Below, piece after piece: positions 52,487-63,650 of a DNA stretch of 64,000 nucleotides; the first letter of the stretch is position 1, and the number at the start of each line of letters is the position of its first letter. The notes under the pieces were generated by a model that saw only the letters and a list, made by a program, of their open reading frames with translations, made no database searches and had not been told where the DNA came from. The translations under genes and the position numbers were made by a program. Origin of the DNA: Octopus bimaculoides (taxonomy: Eukaryota); assembly GCF_001194135.2 (NCBI RefSeq), contig NC_068989.1, forward strand, positions 1,191,040 through 1,255,039, written 5' to 3'.

Positions 52487-54460
52487 TGTGTGTGTGTAAA
52501 ATAGATAGATAGGTGGTGTTGTCACCATAGTAACCAACAAGTTTTGATTTATAATATGGGAATTTTAACTGGAAGTCTGTCAACAACACAACATACACTT
52601 CACAAAATGGCTATATGTATAGTTATTTTTGTTTCTTGGTTGTTTGTGTGTGGGGCTGTTTCTGTGTCTTTCAACATATAAACAATCCAACACAAATTTC
52701 AAAAAAAGACTTTCATTTTGAACAATTTATGAAGGTATGTGCATGATTAACAAATATTTGTTATACTGGCACCATAGCAACAGGCAATGACTTAGTAAAT
52801 AGAAAATATGGGAGAAATAAATATGAAAGTTCATAAGTTTTTAAGGGAATTAACTCTGTAAAGCAGCAAATTTGTGAAAAAAAGAAAAGAAAAGTGCATT
52901 CAATTTTTTTCTGTATAATTTGGACATTTATTTCTTCTGATGCCCCTAAACAGCCCAGATCAAAAATCCCCCAAATCAGAGTGAATGACTTACTACAAAA
53001 AGAAAAAGGAAAGCATTTTCCAAAAATTACAATATGTTAATAAAAGGGTTGAATATTTTGGTTACAGGCAAAATGAAACCTCTATTACTCCATCATCTTT
53101 CATTATTACATTTAAGACACCTCAATTAATATACCCTTTCTTAATGAATTCCATTAATACGATATATTATAACCTAGTTAAAAGATTTCTGTCAGGACAC
53201 TAATAAATGTGAAGTCAGAATATCCATTTCACAGATAATTATGAATCTTATCTGTAAGCACTGACCTCGTTTATTTGCTTGCTCATAATTATGCAACAAA
53301 CCATTTCGTATTGAGATTTTAGGTTTAGACAACACAAACATATTCCCTCAAGATTTTCTTTTAGTTTAGTGATCTTGTTTGATTGGATTATGTAGAATTT
53401 TCCCTCATGACATTGTCATATAGATATATATGGTCGAGAGTGTTAGAGTGCATGTGCATGCACGTGTGCACACACACACACACACTTTTAAAACCTTCCT
53501 ACCCTTAATAAGCATTTTCCTAACAACTGATAAAGAATAGAAACAACCTTAAACTAAGTTACAGTTGTACTCTCAAAATGAAAAACTTAATAGCATATTT
53601 AATGTAACACTTAAGGGATTATATGTGGTAGAAGTTACTTTCATAAAACCAGACTTGATACTTTAGGTCTAGTTTATCTACTTATGTTTGTTGTTTGAAA
53701 GAACATGCTACTTATTTCAACAATAAGTAAAAGATCTTCAAGAAATACAGATTGTTTAGAAATGGGACAAAACTTTCAGCTTATACAGAGTCGAGAAGAT
53801 TCTCATATTCAGAACTTTAACAAATGCATCAGCTGTCTAAACGTCAGATCAGAAACCTTAATAAATGCTATCATTTGAAGGTCCCATCACTGCTTGAATA
53901 AAGAGGCAAATACTTAAATATTTACTTGGAACAATAAACATTTTCTCTTTATTTTTCCTCTTCCTTTGTAATCCTCTCATCAACACTTTTAATCTCACAA
54001 TACTTTGTAACAATAGACTCTGATATTTTTAACCATTTTATCTTTCCGTATTCATTTCTATATTGCAGAAGGGATCAATATTTATCTGTTTAAAAAGAAA
54101 CAGTCACTCTTTTTTCTCTTCCATTTTGATCTGCCAAAAGATACTTTTGATCTCACTACATCTTATAACTCTTTCATGATTTATATTCTCATCTCCAACT
54201 TTTCATTTTTGTGTACTAAAAGCTGAGAAATGTTACTTTGTAAACCTTAAAGTACTTCTTTACACTTTCACCTTTCTTCCAACTTCAGGTTTTTGTTACT
54301 CAAATCTGTGGTCATTTCTCTTGGGACTCTTTTTCTGCTGGTTTTCAACTTTCATCTTCTTTTTTTTCTTGCTTGAATCTTTGGAGAACTGTCTTTGGTT
54401 AGAAAGCAATGCACTTACATTATTTACATTTGATGGATATTTGTCCTCGTCTCTGTTGTT

Positions 54461-54506
54461 AACACAGCGTTTCGGCTGATATACCCTCCAGCCTTCATCA
54501 GGTGTC
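54461..54506 (-). ncRNA. Minimal type I hammerhead ribozyme motif (left arm)
   Basis: Minus strand reads GACAC-CTGATGA-A-GGCTG-GAGGGTATAT-CAGCC-GAAAC-GCT-GTGTT. Stem I (5 bp), stem II (5 bp) and core are intact. U16.1 is mutated to C relative to the GAAACGTT seen in the 15601-15685 copy. Confidence 0.65.
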
Positions 54507-54702
54507 TTGGGGAAATTTCGAACCTGGGTTCTCGTTCTTAATTTATTTTTTTTATTTTGTTGTCTTTGTTCTTATCATTCAGGTCACTGCCTAGAATCTT
54601 GGGGTTAGTAGCCCGCACTTTTAACCACTACTCCGTATGCTCCTAGTGGTTAAGATCGTGAGCTACTAACCCCAAGATTCCAAGTTCGATTCCAATCAGT
54701 GA

Positions 54703-54752
<50 letters not shown>

Positions 54753-54799
54753 TCGAAAAATACCATGGGAATGAGAACCCAGGTTCGAAATTCCCCCAA

Positions 54800-54845
54800 G
54801 ACATCTGATGAAGTCTGGGTGGTATATCAGCTGAAATGTTGTGTT
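54800..54845 (+). ncRNA. Minimal type I hammerhead ribozyme motif (right arm, degenerate)
   Basis: GACAT-CTGATGA-A-GTCTG-GGTGGTATAT-CAGCT-GAAAT-GTT-GTGTT; core intact, with substitutions in stem II and at C15.2. Confidence 0.55.
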
Positions 54846-55516
54846 AACAACAAGCAAGATGAGGACAAATATCTGTCTAATGTAAATAATGTACATAATT
54901 GATCATCTCTTAAATATAGAACTGTAGCAATGCAGTTGCTTGGTAGAAAGTTTCATGCTATTCTCAGCATCATGACAGATAAACATTGTAGTTATCATTT
55001 CTAAAAGAATTCCAGGAAATCTCCCCTGGTTTATAATGTTAAAAGGTAAGAGTGAATAACATGAAAATGCCGTGTGGAAGGGAGATAATCTTGGTATCAG
55101 TAAGCTGAATGAATTCATTTCTGATATAACCGTTTGTGAGTGTGTACATATATATTTGTAGGTGTATACTTACACACATACACAATATATCTATGTGTGT
55201 GTGTGTGTGTGTATATGTTTTAGAGCTGTAACGAAGTCGGACCAAAATACCATAAGGTTCTTTTTGTGGCACTGATTTTTTTTCCATCTCTTTCCTCTGA
55301 CAGGCTTCTGGACAGTTTCTACATGCCAACTTCAGGCATCTGTGACCTACATGTTAACTCTGTTTATCTGTGTGTATAAATATGTGTGATAGGTATTCTA
55401 AAACTCCAAGCATTAATTGTGTGTGTCAGTACGTATGGCTGTGAGAGTCGGCATTTAAACTTGGTTTCTATGGAAACAGCTGTTTTTATCCTAAGTTTCT
55501 CTCCTGGATGTTGCAG

Positions 55517-55663
55517 GTTAATAAGTTTGTACAGAGTGATACCAGTAAGAAAAGTTGCAACTGTCAAGATGAATTGTCTAATTTGTTAGATGACTTCAAG
55601 AGAAAAACTGAAACTGAACACAAGAAAGAAATTGAACAAACAGAGAAAAGAGTGTCTGACCGG
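55517..55663 (+). CDS. ZMYND11: ZMYND11 coding exon 11 (start of coiled coil)
   Basis: ttgcag|VNKFVQSDTSKKSCNCQDELSNLLDDFKRKTETEHKKEIEQTEKRVSDR|gtaatt vs human [26 protein letters not shown]; 147 nt. Confidence 0.9.
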
Positions 55664-56361
55664 GTAATTGTTTATATATGTGTATATATTAATTTTAATA
55701 CATTTTAGCTATTTATCTATTTTATGGAGAATATATTTGGCCTAAATTAAATGTTTAAGAAAGGACATTTGTCCTTGTAAGAGCTTCGAATAATAAATAA
55801 TGAAATGAGTCTTCTATAAAATTATATAGTTTTGTAGAAAACATTTCCAAGACATTCTACATGGACCAGACGCTCTTTCTAAAGCACACGTAAGAAGAAT
55901 GGTGTGGCTATATTCACTGTAATCACTCATTCTTCTAGGAGTAGAAATCATGATCTACCTTCTTTAAAACCATATTCTTTCATTTTCAGTCTCATTGCAC
56001 AGATTCTTGGACTAATGTCTTTTGGGTGCCTTAAGCCACCCAAAGCCTTTTTCAGTAGATTTGGTAGACAAACCTGGAAGAAGACCATTGTAATTAGATA
56101 CATTCATACACACACACACATTTTTGACTGTCTCTTTCTGTGTGCATTTACATTTGTGCAACATACAAGCAGTGATGTTCTCAGTTTCCCTTTCAGTGAA
56201 TCGTTAGCTTTTGTACGTATTCAAGTTGTGTGGAATAAGACATCCCTCGCCTGGCAAACAAGTGTTGGCAACAAGAAGAGCGTCCAGCTGTAAAATAATG
56301 CCTCAATAGCATGTTTGAGTAACCCATGCTAGTTTGGAAAAACAGACATGAAAATGAATGT

Positions 56362-56406
<45 letters not shown>

Positions 56407-56743
56407 CACATACGTATATCCTTGTATGGTGTAACTTAAATGTCATGCCATATCAGCAGTATTTATAACATGATGTGCTTCTTTGTTCTTCAGAAAAAGA
56501 AGTTCTTTATAGAGAACTGAAGTATTTTAGGCCAAGTTTCCCTGAAAAAGTCTCCATAGTTACAAAGATCATGGAGTACACACTGAAAATATGAAATCAG
56601 AGAAGTGCTTCCAAAATAATACAATAATTTCAGAACTCTCTCTCTGCTTTTGATTTAGAGAAAGTAGTGGTGATGGTGGTGGTGGTAGTGGTGGTGTTTG
56701 AGGATAAGAAGAAACTAATGATTTTCCTTATTTTTATTTCCAG

Positions 56744-56929
56744 CTCCAAAAGGAGTTTGAGATTGATAAGCAGCAGGCTGTTGCTAGAGCTGTGACAAAT
56801 ATGCAGAGAGAAATTGACCGAGTTCGCCGCCAGACAACAGAGAAGATCAAAGAACAATATATGGAAGAGATGAAAAAATTGTCTAAAAAACATAAGGAAT
56901 ATATTTCCTATGTAAAGAAAAAACAATGG
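56744..56929 (+). CDS. ZMYND11: ZMYND11 coding exon 12 (coiled coil)
   Basis: ttccag|LQKEFEIDKQQAVARAVTNMQREIDRVRRQTTEKIKEQYMEEMKKLSKKHKEYISYVKKKQW|gtaagt vs human [21 protein letters not shown]...ISQTKKKQW; 186 nt. Confidence 0.95.
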
Positions 56930-57592
56930 GTAAGTCTGTGTTTTGGTGTATTTTGTGTATGTTTTGGCAGAGTTATAGTGATGGTAGTTACAGAGGATCG
57001 CAACCAAGGCAACCACAAATCTCCTCTGCTACAAGACACATTTCTGTCCTTCTGTTCATCCTCTAACCTCTCTTCTCAGGGTACAAATCCACCCCTTTCA
57101 GTACTACTCCACTCTCAGTCAAGGGGCTGTGTTCTTGCAAGTTACTTGTTGGCCTTTGTCATGTTAGAAGCACCCAGCACACACTGTAAAGTGGTTGGGG
57201 GCATCCAGCCATAGAAACCATACCAAAACAGAGTAGATCTTGGTGCAGTCTTCTGTCTTGCGAGCTCCTTTCAAACTGTCCAACCCATGCCAGCATGGAA
57301 GGCAGATATTAAATGATGATGAGGAACCACCTAAGAAGATCTGTCTCAGCCACAGTTTGCCGGATTATCAACTGCACAGTGAAAGTGTTTTATTTGTTTA
57401 TTGAATGCCTTCTTAACTGGTCGGAGTGGACTCACGTCAATGAGTACCAACCAACCAACCGGACTGCTGTCCAGGTAATATCGTCCATAGATGAAGGCAT
57501 AGCACAATGAACGTCGTGTGTTAACATCTGAGTTCTGCTGTACCACAGGGAACCCTATAGTAGAGACTTCTCCTCCCTTTGTATTCTGGGAG

Positions 57593-58113
57593 GCGAAATT
57601 TTTTTTCCAGCGAGAGTTCCGGACCCCAGTTATGAACTCATTTGCATACAGCCAATCAGAAATCAACACTCAAACTAATTTATGTGAGGGGCATAACAAG
57701 TGATGGGCGACAAGATAAGGTCACTTGGGTAAGGAATGACCATGCTTCTTTTCTCTTTTGATAATGTTTGTTGTTCTTGGTCTTGTTCCAACCATGACTG
57801 CCTCTGCATAGTTACTTGTGTTGCTGTTTACTTTGTAAAACAGTAAGAAGGGGAGAGGGTTTCTAGCACATCACCCTCTACCCACATTTTTACTATGTGG
57901 GTCCCTAACAAAATCCGATAATAGGTAAATCTGTGTAATTACTTGGCTCCTTCTAAAACCAGGTACAACTTGGCGATCGGTCGACTTACAACATTGTTCT
58001 TTGTCTAGAGAGAGTGTGTTTGTTAACAAAAAGGTCAAGGTGAGCTCTGATTGGCTGTATGCAAATGAGTTCATTACTGGGATCCGGAACTCTCGTGGGA
58101 AAAAGAATTTCAC
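57593..58113. mobile_element. Mutator (MULE)-type MITE, 521 bp
   Basis: 68-bp terminal inverted repeats (57593-57660 and 58046-58113, 62/68 identical, starting with G) flanked by a perfect 9-bp direct repeat TTCTGGGAG (57584-57592 and 58114-58122); no coding capacity. Confidence 0.85.
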
Positions 58114-59199
58114 TTCTGGGAGACCACCATTTCTATCTCCCCCCCCCCAGTGCTTGTCATGCGCCAGGAACATGTGCTGCAAGGGAGGTAACTTACTATT
58201 TCCTAAAACCTGTAGCGCATCTCAGATTATCACAGTTTGTGTTTCATAATTTGGAGTTTTTGGGGGCAGAGGGAATTTGGGATGTCATAAGTGGTTGTCG
58301 TGTTTAGAAAGGACATTGGCAAAGGACAGTGGGAAATAACTGAGCTGGATGTGAAACTGTAACAGCAACTATAATGGAGATATAGTTATGGATTAGAGTA
58401 GGGTAAAGAATGAGACGATTGTGGTGGAGGGGGGGATTGTATGAATAGAATAAGATGGGAGAGTCATGAGTCAGCTCGGAAATAAAATCAGAAGCGAGAG
58501 AGACATTGATGTTATGATGGAGAACAGTTATATTTCGGTAGAATACAAATTGAATGAAACTAGCAGAACAGAGCTTGCCCATTCCACTTTATATTGCAAT
58601 CAGACAAGGATTTGAACTCAACACTTAAGAATTAGTCAGATATTTGTTAGTTATACAGTTATCCTGTTTTTTTTTACAACTGTCCCCATCCCAGGAATAT
58701 AACTTGTAAAATATAGGTTTGTAAACCATGGAGGAGAGGTGAGTTCCAACGTTTTTGACAATATGGCCCCAAATTGACTTATGTTTGTGTGAGCTAAAAT
58801 GAATTAGTTTCTAACTCAACGTAATGGTGATAAGGGTTAAAGGGCTGAACTCCTGACTATAAATGTTAGTCATTGAGTTGTCAAGTACATCACTCTGGTA
58901 ACTTTATTTTTGTTCAATTTTTTAGCATCAAGTTTCACTGTTTACAATTGATTGACGATTAACGATTGAGAGGATTTATTCTGCCACAAAACAATCGTGC
59001 CCATGTGGGCATGAGAGGATGAGTGTAAAATAGAGACAAATGAAAGAGCTTAATAGGGGTCAACTTTTAGGGCCTTGTTGTTGTAGTTACTGGTGAAAGG
59101 GCTCAGTTTTCAGTATTTATGGGGTTCAACTTTCACCCCCCCCGACTATTTTCTTTCTTTCTTTCTTGTTCTGACTCGACCTTTCCTTTATTATTTTAG

Positions 59200-59490
59200 T
59201 GTTTCTTCTGTGGAGAGGAAGCTATGTACCATTGTTGCTGGAATACGGCCTATTGCAGCAAAACGTGCCAAAAGGACCACTGGCAAAAAGAACACAAAAA
59301 CGATTGTCGAAGGCCGCGGCCGAAACCCAACACTACACAGCAGCAGGAACAACAACAGATCGACAGCGACAGCGACAGCAGCGACGGCAACAACGGGAAT
59401 CGTACTCATGGTCATGGAAGCAGCAACTTCAGTTTAAGCGGCAGCTCTGGCAGTAGAGACGGCAGCTGTAAAAGCGCCCTTTACTATTAG
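59200..59490 (+). CDS. ZMYND11: ZMYND11 coding exon 13 (MYND finger plus C-terminal extension, stop)
   Basis: ttttag|[38 protein letters not shown]... vs human [38 protein letters not shown]; TAG ends at 59490. Confidence 0.96.
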   Translation, partial: CFFCGEEAMYHCCWNTAYCSKTCQKDHWQKEHKNDCRRPRPKPNTTQQQEQQQIDSDSDSSDGNNGNRTHGHGSSNFSLSGSSGSRDGSCKSALYY

Positions 59491-60421
59491 ACTTGTAACT
59501 TTGTGCTTAAGCATTTAGAAATGAAATGACAACAACAAATAATAGAAACCTATTCTCCATTCCTCTCGCCCATCATGTCAGTATTGAAAAAAACCAATGC
59601 TCTTCAGAATTTTGGTCTTTTAATTGAGATCGTGTGAACTCAATAATGATGATAATGACAAAAAAAAAAGATGAAAAAAAAAGATGAAAAAAAAAGATAA
59701 AAAAAAAACAGCATAGTAAACATTCATTGATGCCCATCCTTGCTTTCATTTCATTGTCGTTATATATTTTTGTTTTCTAAAATTTTTAGATAACTTTTCA
59801 TTGGTCTTTTATCCTTCTCTCAGAATTGAACGATTTCAGTATTGCAGAATAACGAAAGAATTTCTACAAAATTAAAAATGACAAAAAGAATGAAATTGCA
59901 TAAAATACCAGAGAAAAACATAACTGAAAGAACACCTATAAAGACACACAAACACACATACACACACAGACGAGAATTTGTGAGTATATCCTCATGTTTG
60001 TCTCTATGTCTCTTTCCCTGTGTGTGTGTATATATATTTACTCTCGCTCACACACACACCAACACACACATGTATTTAAAAGAGTTATTACATAGTGTTA
60101 GGACAATTAAAGGGATGATGTAAACTTATGGTGAATGTTTTTTTGTCAACAGTCCATGTTGTTTTTCTATGAATTCAGTCCTTCTCTTTGTTGCAGGTGA
60201 TTGCACCGTTTTGTAAATGAGAAAAACCCCTATTTAGTTCTGTCCCAGTTTGCATTAATATCAATATACCAGTCACCATCCTACCAGTTGCTCTTCTCTC
60301 TCTGGTCAGGGAAATCAGTCACCTGTCTCTGATGAAGTGGTTGATCCAAAACACTGAAACCATGCAGGTAAATGTCTCTTTTTACACCTGGCCACAGACA
60401 GAAAATCCTATGCTTTAACCA

Positions 60422-60459
<38 letters not shown>

Positions 60460-60475
60460 ACATACCGATAATCCC

Positions 60476-60509
<34 letters not shown>

Positions 60510-60821
60510 ATCGTGTGTTTTTATTGATATCTTTATGTACCTATAAATCTCTTTCTCTCTCTTCATACACACACACACACACACCACACGCATCGACTGA
60601 GGTACATACATTCATGTAAATATCTTCACATTTGCATGCTCATTCATATATATACACATCCATCTCTAAACAAACAAACACTCATTCATCAATCTCTTCA
60701 TTCATCAATCTCCTCATTCATCAATCTCCTTACAAGCTCTTGTGGCCACACATTTCATTCGATCTACTTAAAAGCACCCACATGCATACACACATACACA
60801 CATGTGCACACATACGCATAC

Positions 60822-60868
<47 letters not shown>

Positions 60869-61185
60869 TGTATACACACAACGATAGTTTAGTCTTGATA
60901 CTGAAACCACACGAATAGAGGTCCCACCCCTGGTGCAGTTTCCACCCATACCACTCTTTGTGAAAGCACATAACTTTAAATAATCTGTGACAAACAATTA
61001 ACCTACAAGGCAGAGCCCCAGCATGGCCACAGTCTATTAACTGCAACAAGTAGAAGCTAAAAGATGCACACATATGCGTAGTAGATGAATTTTTACTTAA
61101 CCCTGACTTAAAATTTCATCTGAAGAATGCTTTTCTTTAAGCATAAACATTTATGCTTTGGGAAATCAGCAATATTTATCAAGGA

Positions 61186-61539
61186 CAGAGGCTCTCAACC
61201 CCTTTTTCTTTTTAACCTGTGGACCCTGTTTTGTTACTATTTTTGACTCTAGTGGATCCCCTCGTAGCCATTCAGTATTTTATAGATGCTTCTTTGAAAG
61301 TTCCTTTTTTTCTGTTTTTCACCCATTCACTTGTAGAAGTTTGGTAAGAGCAACGTTTGAGAGCAGCCAGGAATATGTTAAACTCTGTAAAACGCTAGGA
61401 AAAGAAACCTGTTCCTTGCAATAAATACATTAAAAGCAAGATGTATTCATGGACCCTTATTACTGTGGACCCCCGATTTAATATTTTGCATGTGTGAACC
61501 CCTAAAAATCTTAATATGGACCCTGGTTGAGAACCAGTG
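61186..61539. mobile_element. hAT/Charlie-type MITE, 354 bp
   Basis: TIRs CAGAGGCTCTCAACC and GGTTGAGAACCAGTG (consensus CAGTGGTTCTCAACC); repeated subterminal GGACCC motifs; 8-bp flanks ATCAAGGA and ATCTAGGG (6/8 match, resembling the NTCTAGAN target). Confidence 0.8.
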
Positions 61540-63127
61540 ATCTAGGGTTTTATAGAAATCTATTTAGCTCTGAGCAAGAAGAGAAAAATCAGGACTGATT
61601 TCAGCAATGGCCAACTTGTGTTCAGGATGTTGGTGAGTGAAGGATTTGCCTTAGCTGGAGAGGAATGGGGAGATCTTGGTGTGTTGTCTGAAGAATGTTG
61701 CCATTCTATGTGTGACTTACAAATGGCTGAGTAAATATTTAAGGATGAAATGAAAGCCAAGGATGGATGTGTGATGTTAGCATGAGAGTCTGGAAGTGGG
61801 TGGTGATGGTTGTAGCAGGGGAGGCAGAATGGTTTGAGTTATCTTGTTTCTGGCTTTGAATATTGATTGAATACTGATAGATTAATCTGATTCCTTCTCT
61901 CCATCTTTAGACAGGCATGAAGATTGAAAATGTTAGCAGAAAGAGGAAAGTGAACTAGTAAGAAACCCTGCCTTTCTTCAATGTATTAACACCATAAATA
62001 GATTTAGTCGGATATCAAAACTGGATCACAGGCTCATATCAGTAAAAGTAGAACTTGACGGGGCTTACACACATACATCTCTTGAATAATCTTTTATTTT
62101 TTATATTAGCAATAATGATAATCCTCACTGGTCCATTTGGTTGTTGGAACATCACTAAAAACCGAACCCTCCAACTTCTATTTACTACAGGTATTGAACT
62201 CAACACTTCAAACTAACAATGGCTCTATTGTGTACAATGACATGGTTTTATCCTGTTGTGGTTCATTATTTCCAGATAAGAACTGACACATTGAAAGTTT
62301 AGTGTCTTGTCTTCAATATTGACAATATTTATGATAGAATAACCACCAGCAAAGCCTTCAGATGGTTGCTTGGAACTCAAGCAACTCAGAAGTAACTTTA
62401 CATACACACACACACGTGCACACACTTTGTGGGTTAACATGGCTACCAATGGTTTCGTGTAAAGGAGGATCCAAAATGGAGTTGAGTACCAACATCTCCA
62501 TGTGGCAGGCTTAAAAATTGTTAAGAGATATTTCTCTTTACATGAAACCATTGGTTGCCTTGTTAACTGACAAAGAATATTTATCTACCAACGTTGAGCA
62601 CTCATTCTCACTGCTTGATATTAGCTAATAGACACACACACACACTCACACATATATATGAGAGAGAGAGAGAGAGAGAGTGCATGCCAGTCTTTAATGT
62701 ATACCCAACTCCTTCATAATCCTCCTAACATTGAAAGCTATAGGGAAAAGAAAACCCTTCGTTAAAACCTCCAGCACACATTATTTTTGTCATTAACTAG
62801 AATGTGGTCATGCAAGTATTTTTATATATAAACACATTAACTTATAGACTTCAAGACACATTTCTATGAAGGCACCAATTTGTGTGTGTGTGTTTGTAAA
62901 CTGTCCGGTACGTATATGCTGCGTTTAATACATCCAGGTCTTTATATTTTATATCTACATAAAAAACATAATTTTTTTTTGTTTCTGATGAAGGCCTTTC
63001 TTTGAAATGTCGGGGTTGTTGTCTCTCCACACAGACACGCACGTATGCACGCCATAAGCTCTATGTAATCAGATCAATAACAGTTTAGGATTGTTACAGG
63101 GTGCACACACTACAACACACAGTTTAG

Positions 63128-63160
<33 letters not shown>

Positions 63161-63427
63161 CAATAATAATGGTTTCTGATTTAAGCACAAGGCCAGTAGC
63201 AAGTTTGAGGAGAGGGGTTTAGTCTGTATCATTGACTCCCGTATTAGATTGATATTATATCTTATTGACTCTGAAAAGATGAAAAGCAAAGCCGACCTTG
63301 GTAGGACTTGAACTCAAGATATAAAGAACGAAAAGAAGTTCTGCAAAGCAGGTTTTTCCGACTTTCTAGTAATTCTGTTCGTTCACATCCTTCCTCCAAT
63401 AATAATAATAATATGTAAATTCTTCAA

Positions 63428-63650
63428 GGTGGCAAACTGGCAGAACCGTTAGCATGCCGGGCAAAATGCTTAGCAGTATTTTGTCTGCCTCTACGTTCTG
63501 AGTTCAAATTCTGCCGAGGTTGACTTTGCCTGTCATCCTTTTTCGGGGTTGATTAAATAAGTACCAGTTACACACTGGGGTCGATGTAATCAACTTAATC
63601 CCTTTGTTTGTCCCCTCTATGTTTAGCCCCCTGTGGGCAATAAAGAAATA
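63428..63650 (+). mobile_element. Near full-length family C SINE
   Basis: A- and B-boxes, GCCGAGGTTGACTTTGCC...TCGGGGTTGATTAAATAAGTACCAG core and GCAATAAAGAAAT tail; head-to-head with a decayed minus-strand copy at 63183-63390. Confidence 0.75.

Larger units (their letters stand above)
54416..54893. mobile_element. Palindromic non-autonomous element: two inverted units, each a tRNA-like head plus hammerhead-ribozyme motif
   Basis: Left arm 54416-54630 is the reverse complement of right arm 54644-54893. B-box GTTCGATTCC at 54684-54693; CTGATGA...GAAA cores in both arms. Related fragments at 14311-14365 and 15601-15685. Confidence 0.85.

Noticed and set aside
54644-54700. Functional tRNA gene (and other A/B-box hits in the window)
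   Set aside because: The acceptor stem is incomplete and the heads are fused to repeat bodies; these are SINE-type heads. No true tRNA or rRNA gene was seen.
50230-55516. Additional ZMYND11 exons in intron 10 or intron 2
   Set aside because: Flanking exons join in phase and cover the recalled human sequence without a gap; no convincing candidate was found, though small alternative exons cannot be excluded.
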